Assembly: GCA_964016885.1 (NCBI GenBank)
Contig: OZ024743.1
Span: forward strand, 79,794,001 to 79,858,000
Length of the DNA: 64,000 nt
Reading direction: 5' to 3'
DNA from: Eledone cirrhosa
Lineage: Eukaryota
Shown: in pieces, positions 54,246 through 64,000 of the stretch
Layout: the number at the start of each line of letters is the position of its first letter
Position numbering within the stretch: position 1 is the stretch's first letter
The notes under the pieces: model-generated
Told to the model about the DNA's origin: nothing
What the model saw: only the letters and a program-made list of their open reading frames with translations
Databases searched by the model: none
Made by a program: the position numbers and the translations under genes

Positions 54246-54570
54246 GGAGAGAGGGAGAGAGGGAGACGTATAAATAAGAAGAGATATACAGGAACCATCG
54301 ATCCTAGTAATGGACTGGTCTTTTTATAGAAAGAATGAAGGGCAAACATGACATCTGTGAGATTTCAACTAAAAATTCTAAGAACCGGAACAAAGCATTC
54401 TATCTGACTTTCTAACTAGTCAGTCAATTCACCTCAATATAGTCTAGAAATAGCCGTCGAAACGGATTGAGCTTTGCCGTCGGGGTCCTGGACGTTTTCA
54501 TATTACCCACTCTAGTACACAAAGTATTGAGGACTCTGATGCGTTATGGTTCCTTACCACACTTCCGTCG

Positions 54571-54628
<58 letters not shown>

Positions 54629-54766
54629 GGAGAGAGGGAGAAAAAGAGAGATGTGTTTGTGTATTAATATATGGCTGCGTTTATTAATATATATTATTGG
54701 AGACGTGATGATACACATAGACAGCTACAGTATATATAAAGCGAGAGGGGAGAGAGAGAGAGACAA

Positions 54767-54866
<100 letters not shown>

Positions 54867-55412
54867 AAGGAGGAATATTGCAAGCAAAAGCTGATGTAGG
54901 TGTGTGTGTGCCTGTGTGATATATATATATATATATATGTGTGTGTATGTGGGCACGTGTGTGTGTGTGTATGTGGGAACGTATCTGAGTATATGGTGTA
55001 TGAAGTTTCTCTGTCTTCATTAATTTTCCTATTATGTTAATCAATGAATCTGGACATTAAACAGCCAATGTTCTAATCAGGAGATAAAGGAGACGGAATT
55101 TAATTAAGAAAAAATATCTTCACTTTTATTTTAGCTATTTCCGATGGTATGGAAGTTGTCTTAATATGTATGTGTGTGTGTATGTATGTGTGTATGTATG
55201 TGTGTATGTATGTGCGTATGTGTGTATGTATGTATGTATGTGTGTATGTATGTATATATATGTATGTATATATGTATGTGTGTATGTATGTATGTGTATA
55301 CGAATGTATGTATGTATGCATGTATGTATTTATGTATGTATGTATGTATATATGTATGTATGTATGTATGTGTGTATGTATATGCTAGTGTGGTAAACGA
55401 TGATGATGATGA

Positions 55413-55463
<51 letters not shown>

Positions 55464-55744
55464 ATGTATGCATGTATGTATATACATATGTGCATGGGTA
55501 TTTATGTGTGTGTATTCGTATATATATATGTGTGTGTGTGTGTGTGTCTGTGTGAATGTGTGTATGTACGCATATATATATTTATATATACATATATATG
55601 TGTATGTAGTGTTTAGCTCTTTAATATATTTTTATATTAGAATCTATAAGTGTGTATTTTCGATAGTTCAACTGACCAGAACAACCCCGGAAAAACCCTG
55701 TATTTCTCAGCATACCTGGCCTCTTCTTGAACCACACTACTGAC

Positions 55745-56885
<1,141 letters not shown>

Positions 56886-56939
56886 ATCTTGAATGAGTGT
56901 CAATTTTATTGTAGAAATCTCTCTAAAGTCTAAAGTCTG

Positions 56940-57299
56940 TCTCAAGGCTCGTTAGGCCACTGTTTATCCCAGTGTTATGGCGTAAAGCGACTGAGAGTGC
57001 AAGAATTCCCCCTGTGCATCACAAATTTAAATTCTGTCTCAAGCCAAGAGACTCGTCAGGCTGTTGTCTATCTCGGTTTCGTGGCGTGAGGGGACTGGGT
57101 GTGTAAGACGTCCCCTAGACAGGACGCCAGTCAATCGCAGGTTTAATTCCCCAGCTATTGCTGGTACTCATTGCTGGTCCATTGGATCAACGTGTAATGA
57201 AGTGTTTTGCTCAAGAACACAACATGTAACCCATCCCACAAATCGAAACCACGACATTATTATCGTAGGTCCGACACTATTACCACTAGGCCAGGCTCC
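56940..57299 (-). mobile_element. tRNA-derived CORE-like SINE, decayed
   Basis: Minus strand starts GGAGCCTGGCCTAGTGGTAATAG (A-box), then GGTTTCGATT (B-box-like) and TGTGTTCTTGAGCAAAACACTT (CORE-like). Confidence 0.65.
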
Positions 57300-57754
57300 T
57301 ACATATTTGTAGAAATACATCTTTTATCTCGATAACAGCACCGTCATAAAAACATTATATCTGACAAGCTCCGTCTAAGTCCACTTGATCTCGTGACTGC
57401 CAATTCTGTCTCCCTGAGAAGCTGCACATTGTGTCAATACTGTGATGTGAAGCTGGGCACACCAGAAAGAAAGAGTTGAATCATATAATCTAGAAAACAT
57501 TGAATATTCTCTGTATCATTCGTAATTTTGTCCGAACAACACCACTAGAAGAATCTACTTCCCCGCCAACCTTAGCACGCCTCATTAAGCTAACTGCTGC
57601 CAAAACATTCTCTCCTCACAATCTCTACTAGTCTGACAGTCTTAAATCCTAAGACTCCCTCCACCTTACTCACTCCCCTCTTCCCCTTCTCTTCCTACCT
57701 CCTTCTTTATCTTTTATCCAGTGTATAAAATATTTTCATATCATTCTAATACAA

Positions 57755-57871
57755 AGGTCTGAAGACATGGTGTGTTTGCTTACAGTGTACCTTCGGTTTA
57801 TGATAATATTTGTATATTATTCAAATAGCGAGGTATAGGTAACCCATACACTATAGAAACAATTGTTACCT
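57755..57871 (+). ncRNA. Type-I hammerhead ribozyme with a long stem II of about 90 nt
   Basis: AGGT CTGAAGA C ATGGTGTGT...ATACACTAT A GAAAC AATT GTT ACCT, then AATAAA; inner pairs TACCTTCG/CGAGGTA and ATAATAT/ATATTAT. Confidence 0.72.
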
Positions 57872-57915
57872 AATAAATTCTATATACCCGCATTTCCATT
57901 TCGTAAATTTCTTCT

Positions 57916-57985
<70 letters not shown>

Positions 57986-58025
57986 AAAACGAAGAATCAG
58001 TTATGCATCGGAGCACAATTTATTA

Positions 58026-58118
58026 ACGTATTACAATTGTTTCTCCGGCGAACAGCTCGAGGTGCGATCTATTTGTGGATCGAACCTGACTCTGGATTCA
58101 CAAGTTCCTCAGATACGT
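58026..58118 (-). ncRNA. Type-I hammerhead ribozyme with long stem II
   Basis: ACGTAT CTGAGGA ...AGGTTCGATC CACAAATA GATCGCACCT... GAAAC AATT GTA ATACGT; perfect 6-bp stem I. Confidence 0.72.
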
Positions 58119-58152
58119 CTAGCGACTTCGAAGCAAATCCTTTGCTTCGAAG

Positions 58153-58234
<82 letters not shown>

Positions 58235-58236
<2 letters not shown>

Positions 58237-59310
58237 AAAAGGTATGACCCCGACGGCAGAGCTCAAGCCATTTCGACGGGTATTTCTGGATTAAATTAAC
58301 ATTTTTAGCCTGGTAAATAAATAGCCGAACTTGTCAGGGGGTACTTCCTTATATGGGAAGATTGTAGTTGTCAAGAGGAATGGTCAAAATTTGTTGTAAA
58401 CACAAATAAATCTATCATGGCATTTGTTGGGAGGTAGGGGTGGCTGAACTTGCCTTTAGAACAATGAGGGAGTGAATAAAGCCAGTCAGGCGTTGAAAGT
58501 GAAATCTATACAGCAGATTCTAAGGATAGTGTATGAAAAGTCGAAAAATTGTCCTGGAGAAAAAGGAGGAGGGGAGTTTAAAGAATAGGTAAGTCAAATG
58601 AGAGTAGGTGACAATGAAAATAAAAAAATATATAAAAAATTAGATAGTGAGAAATGAATAAAAAAACAAAAACAGTAGAGTCTAGAAACAGCTGCTCTAA
58701 TTAGTAAGTGTTGCTTGAACGGCAAAGCTATAGAGAAGTTTAATAAGTTGAGAATGGAAAATACTAAATAAGAAATTGTAGAAGTGGGTAGCGAAAAATA
58801 TAATGCATACTTTTCAGGGGTCTAACACAGCTGCTATAAATAGTTAGTAAAGCGTATACCGCCAATGCTATATTACAATTACAGGTTAATAAGTTGAGAA
58901 TAGAAAATACTAAATAAGAAATTTAGAAAATGTAGAATTGGAGTAGTAACAAAAAAGATACAAAAATTACAGGGGTCTAACACATCTGCTATAAATAGTT
59001 AGTAAAGCGTAATCGGCCAATTCTATCTTAAAATTACTGAGGCTACAGAGGACCGATGGGCTGCATCGGGGTAGGCGAAAGGGGAAAAACAGACGGGGAA
59101 TAAGATCGGGGGGGGGGGGAAGGAAGTGATAGGATGAGACGGCGCGAAGAAGAAAACATAGAGGAATAGAAAAGTGGGGGGAGGGTATCAGCCCTTGTCT
59201 GCCCACCTGGGTCGTTATGGGGTTTGAGGGCGAGGTAAGTCCTACGCAATCTGTGTTTGCATGCGGTTACCAGTTCGTCTTTCTTGTTAACGAGTTGGTC
59301 CTTCGAAAAC
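58235..59310 (-). mobile_element. Putative Penelope-like element 3' fragment with terminal HHR-like motif (58247-58342, core CTGACAA)
   Basis: Minus strand near 59300-59230 reads LVNKKDELVTACKHR, resembling from memory the C-terminus of PLE GIY-YIG proteins. Downstream: ACCCC CTGACAA...GAAA TGGC...GCCG TC GGGGT. Confidence 0.55.
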
Positions 59311-59503
59311 CCTCTATTGGGGAATTTATTTTGTTATATTTATGCATAGTTTATTTTATATTTTTTATATCTTCATTGTTAAATTAGTCTTGCAATTGTG
59401 CACTTTTACTCGACCTTATTGTAAACCCCCACTGTCTGTGTCTTTGTATTGTACCCTACATATCGGCCCTTGTGGCCAATAAATAAAATCATTATTATTA
59501 TTA
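59311..59503 (+). mobile_element. 3' UTR fragment of the Tx1 LINE family seen at 3876-8886
   Basis: Near-identical to the reverse complement of about 3890-4080; ends in AATAAA and (ATT)n. Confidence 0.9.
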
Positions 59504-59735
59504 TTTATTTACTTATATTTGAAGGTGAAGCCACGCTTCTTATCGCTTCCAGTTGTTTTCAACAGTTTACCTCGTTTTCAACCGTTCTAAACCTTTTATT
59601 CAAGTTTTAAACATGATAAAAGTTTAGAAGAAATGACCCACCTAATACAGGGGTTCACTCGTAAATAATACGGCACCCCTTTACGGGGTATCGTATTATG
59701 TAAAAATATTATTTGAAAAAAAAATTTCTTTCAAC

Positions 59736-62700
59736 ATGGATAACACAAGAAAGAGAGAGAGCGATGTCAGACAACACACTTTGTCAACATATCAACAAGA
59801 CAGCGTTCTAGCCAAGGTACCGTAAATATAAAAGAAAATATTACGAAGGAAAAGAGGAACAATATCCTTTTTAATGATATTGTCACAGATTTAAAATCAT
59901 CAAATATTTGTAACACAAACAACAACACATTCAATAACACCAGCAACAACAAAAATAACACCGGTAAGGTCGAGAACGACAATAACAATAACAATAGCAA
60001 CAGCCACAACAACAATAATAGTAAGAACAGTATCAACAAAAACAACAACAATAACAACAGCCTCAATAACAGTAACAACAGCAACACTATCAACGAAAAC
60101 AACAACAATGACAACAATAACAGCAACAACAGTGTCAACGAAAACATCAACAATGACATCGATACCTGTAACAGCGATCTCAGCACCACCAGCAAGACCA
60201 GTAGCGGCAGCAATGGTGGTACCGCTGAAAAGGGGCCCACTTCTTTTGCAGGTGTCGCCCGAAATATCGAAACAGTGTTAGTCACAGAGGAGGAGATAGC
60301 AGTCACAAGGGACACAAGTAGACATGCAAATGCTAATACAGACTGACCAGGAGTGCATCGAGGCCATCCCAGACATCATGGACCTCGAAGAAGGGCTCCA
60401 ACTCCCTATAAGCGTGGAAGGAAGGCGCCCAAGGTGCTATCTCTGTGGGCAGAAGGGTCACCTCAGGGCCTTCTTCCCACAGAAGACAGCCAAGAAGAGG
60501 GCCCCCTTCCTTCCGACGCCCGAACCGCTACTACCAAGAGCAGGGCAGGCAACAGAGGCAGAAGACCCTTCCATGGTGAGTAGGAGGGCAACGTCCGTGG
60601 AACCCATACAAAGGCCGCGGACAACTTAAGCAGCGGCAGCAATGGCAGCAACACCAACAGTCGCAGTAGCCACACCGGTAGCAAAATCGCCGGAGTGGGC
60701 TCCACTACCACCACCAACAGCAGTGGACCTCATACCCCTCCCAGACGCCACGGCATCCGACATGGAGTATGAGGCGGGAGGGAAGTGGCAAACGGTCTGC
60801 CACAAAAAAGAAAAAACCCTTAGCTTCACCCTCCAAAAGTGACGGCAGACAAAGAGGGGTAAAGGCTGAAAGGAGACTTGCAGCAACACCACCACCACAA
60901 GCATCACTACCAACAACAACCACACCACCACCAGCATCACCAAAAACACCAACATTGCAAACACAACAAAACACACACACCCAACAGCAACAACAAGAAA
61001 ACAGTAACAAAATCACCCCTCCCCCAAAAAGTACATAGCCATAAACATGGCAAATAAAGAACTCTTACAACATATAAAGCAGCACACAGACATCACAGAA
61101 AAAAAAACTATTACATCCCACCAACACCAAGAACTCTCCCGACAAACATAAGCATCATTGAAATCAAAATAGAACAGTACAAACTTTTAAAACAAAAATT
61201 CCCCAACGCAGTTGGAGACTTCAGAGGGTCGGTTACCAAGAGGATATACACCGACATGATCTTGGAAACACCTATGACTAGCCAAAAGAACGGTTCTACT
61301 GTCCATTCCCCACACGATCAAGGTAAGTGACCCTTTCTCACTTGCCCCGTTTCTCATCCAACATGGCCGTACTTAGAATAGGCAGTATAAATGTACGGGG
61401 CCTGGGGTCATCTTGGAAGCAGAGTCACCTGCTCAACGACATGGGGTCATTAAACATAGATGTGGTGGCCATCAGCGAGACCAGAATCTCCGAAGCACGA
61501 GCCTTCGCACCGATCTTCGGCGGCTACGATGTATACGCATCTCCTAGCCGTCCAGGATCGGGGGGGGGGGGGCAGTGTTTTTTCGGAGAGGCTTGGATCT
61601 CGCCATACGGGCCATCTTCCTGGACCCAGAAGGTAAGTCGGTGGTGCTGGACGTCACCGGCAGCGAAGGCAATGCTTTCAGGCTAGTAGCCGTCTACGCC
61701 CCAACTGGGGTAGGACGGCCAGATTTCTTCAGACATCTAGAGACCTTTCTTGGAACGTCCCGTTCTTTAGTGTTAGTGGGCGACTGGAACGGTATCTTAG
61801 ATGCACGCTGGGATTATGTGGGGCTAGTAGACAGGACAAGAGGGTGTAAAAGCCTCAACAACCTGCTCAGACGTTTTGAACTGTCTGACAGGTATAGACT
61901 GGATTATCCGAATGTGCCAATGTGGACATGGGCAAACCGCATCGGGTCATCAAGATCGTATTGAGGTAGGGTATTCTGTAGGGAAACAGATAAGGCTAGT
62001 GTAGGTTGTCCACAATTTAAAGTAGTTGACTACACGGACCAGAAATTTGTGATCTGTGAAGTTGACTTAGATAGACTCCATAGGCAAGGGCCCGGCTACT
62101 GGAAGCTGAACTCGTCGTTCCTGGCGCGCAAAGCTTACAGAGACCGGATTAGCGAATTAGTTAAGCGTGCGTTGACGGGTGCGATCGTCAACAACACGTG
62201 GTGTTTTATCCTGAAAAGGGCTATTAGAGTAGATTCGATAAGGTTTTGCAAAGGAGTAGTGATAGAGGAAAATAGAGTAGAGGGAGAATTAGTTAGAAAG
62301 CTAGAAGAGACGTTTGGGACAGGCATCGCAACCGACGTGCTTGCGGCGAGATTGGCACTCGACCAATTCTTCAACGCAAAGCATGAAGGCTGCGTTGTCA
62401 GAGCTAGAGCGCGTGCTGTAAGACACGAGGGGACTAAAGCCGTTCAATGGGCCCGGGTGGTGGAGGCCCGACGTGGCAACAAGTCCACAATTCGGTCTTT
62501 TCCTGATCAAAACAGGCGCATGTTGCTCGAACCCGAGCAGATGTGTGCGCTTTTCAACAACACTTTGCCCGATTGTTCGGGAGCGGTGGGCCTGATCGAA
62601 GTATGGACTTCAGTGCATACATCGACGGACTGCAGCGGCTCTCGACGACCGCAGCGCAGTGCTGCGAAAGGCCGATAACAACCAATGAAATACGGCAAGC

Positions 62701-64000
62701 GATGTCTGACTGCACGAGGGGTAAATCGTCAGGTTCGGATGGTCTACCCTACGAGCTTTATGCGTATATGCCAGACTTGTTCGGTGACCTCTTGGCAGAT
62801 GTCTACTACAACTGGCAACAAAACGGGATCATTCCCAGTTTTGTGAGCCGGGGAGCGGTGGCGCTGCAAAGAAAAGACCCGAACAAGGGGGACGTTATAG
62901 ACAATTTCAGGCCCATAACTCTGCAGAGTTTCAGATTTTGGCCAAGGTGTTAGGAAAGAGATTGGCACTTGTCGTCGGTGATCTGGTGGGAGAGGCGCAG
63001 ACAGATCAATCCACGACAACCTCCCTCTCATGCGATACATCATAGAGAGGGTGGTTAAGGAACCTGGCAAGGGTGGGGCCCTGATCAACTTGGATCAATC
63101 CAAAGCATTTCAGAGGATCGACGATCGGTACCTGGATCAGGAAAAGACCGAGGGATAGCGCTTGGAAACTGGAATGTCTCCAGGCGCTCCACCGCCCTCT
63201 GCCAGATGGGCACCAGTATCGGTGGAACATCCACCTCGGCCTTCTACAGAGGACTAGTGGAGGGGAAGAGCGATGACGTTCTCAGAGAGATTCTGGGCGT
63301 CGAAGAAGATCAGCTGTTTGCTCACTTTCGGAGAACTTTCAGCCCAGGGCCTATGGATAGATTCCAGAAATTCCTGGCCCGGCAGTGCTACCGGGGAGCG
63401 TTGCCGGTTCAAGATAAGTTCTACAGGCACGGAAGTGCCTCAGCCAAGCCTGTCCGAGATGCGCGCAGAGCGACGAAACCGTCGTGCTCGCACTCGTTCA
63501 GTGCCCAAGCATTGCTGAATTGTGGAGCTATGTCGAACAGTTGCTGTCGCGTGTAGGACTGATCCGGTTATCGACTGAATCCATTGTGCAGATGGTCTCG
63601 CCGTCTTCCTTCGAGGAGGAAGGGCGGGCGGTTTTCATCTGCCTGGTGGTCAGGGCGAAAGAGATTGTGTGGTGGACAAGGTTGAAAGGATTAAAGACAG
63701 ACACTTTCCTCTTCGGCGAATCCCTGATTAACTTTTTCAAGTTTCACTTGAAGAGGAAAATCAGGCTGGAGAGGCAAGTGCTGCCTTCTAGCAAGTTTGT
63801 TGAAAGGTGGGTAAATGTAGCGAGAATGGTCCGAGTGAACGGGACCACTCTGAATATACGTCTGTAGTTTGAGGAATGGAAAAATTGAGAGAGGGCGCTT
63901 GCCCTGGTGGCCAGGGTGGCCGTGGTCTTTTGTGTGGTTTACGGCACGAGTAACCCTATTAGGGAATATTTCATTGTTTCAATTTTCATTTTTATTGTTT
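59736..64000 (+). mobile_element. Tx1/L1-clade LINE, decayed, with internal deletions; 3' UTR runs off the window
   Basis: Asn-rich ORF1 start, SFAGVAR motif, CYLCGQKGH knuckle, then an APE-RT ORF2 ending at 63867 followed by a 3' UTR like that at 30350-30470. Confidence 0.92.
61363..63867 (+). pseudogene. LINE ORF2 (APE plus RT), frameshifted and lacking the YADD region
   Basis: GSINVRGL, SET, GDWN, GSDGLPYELY, NFRPITL and LDQSKAF, then a jump at about 63135 directly to RKRPR (about 0.9 kb missing relative to the 3876-8886 copy). Confidence 0.9.

Noticed and set aside
59767-60315. Leu-rich membrane-protein-like ORF on the minus strand
   Set aside because: Antisense shadow of the Asn-rich LINE ORF1 frame.

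Overview
Repeat-rich animal genomic DNA with no recognisable host gene; the SINE and microsatellite content suggests a mollusc, probably a cephalopod (inference). It contains a full-length but inactive hAT/Buster transposon (62-3172), two long decayed Tx1/L1-clade LINEs plus 3' fragments, R4/Dong and RTE-like LINE fragments, tRNA-derived SINEs, five tandem arrays (20, 50, 65, 29 and 64 bp units) and many (TA)n tracts. The main signal is a dense set of type-I hammerhead ribozyme (HHR) motifs from several unrelated families, typical of Penelope-like elements (PLE) and retrozymes. One is a 2.1-kb spacer-less palindrome of 310-bp units carrying six HHRs (33882-36010), two more are head-to-head HHR insertions, and one HHR is split by the Buster transposon. 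Two satellites sit inside terminal-inverted-repeat (TIR) elements and one looks like an amplified Pol III A-box. All RNA structures were paired by eye; no searches were run.
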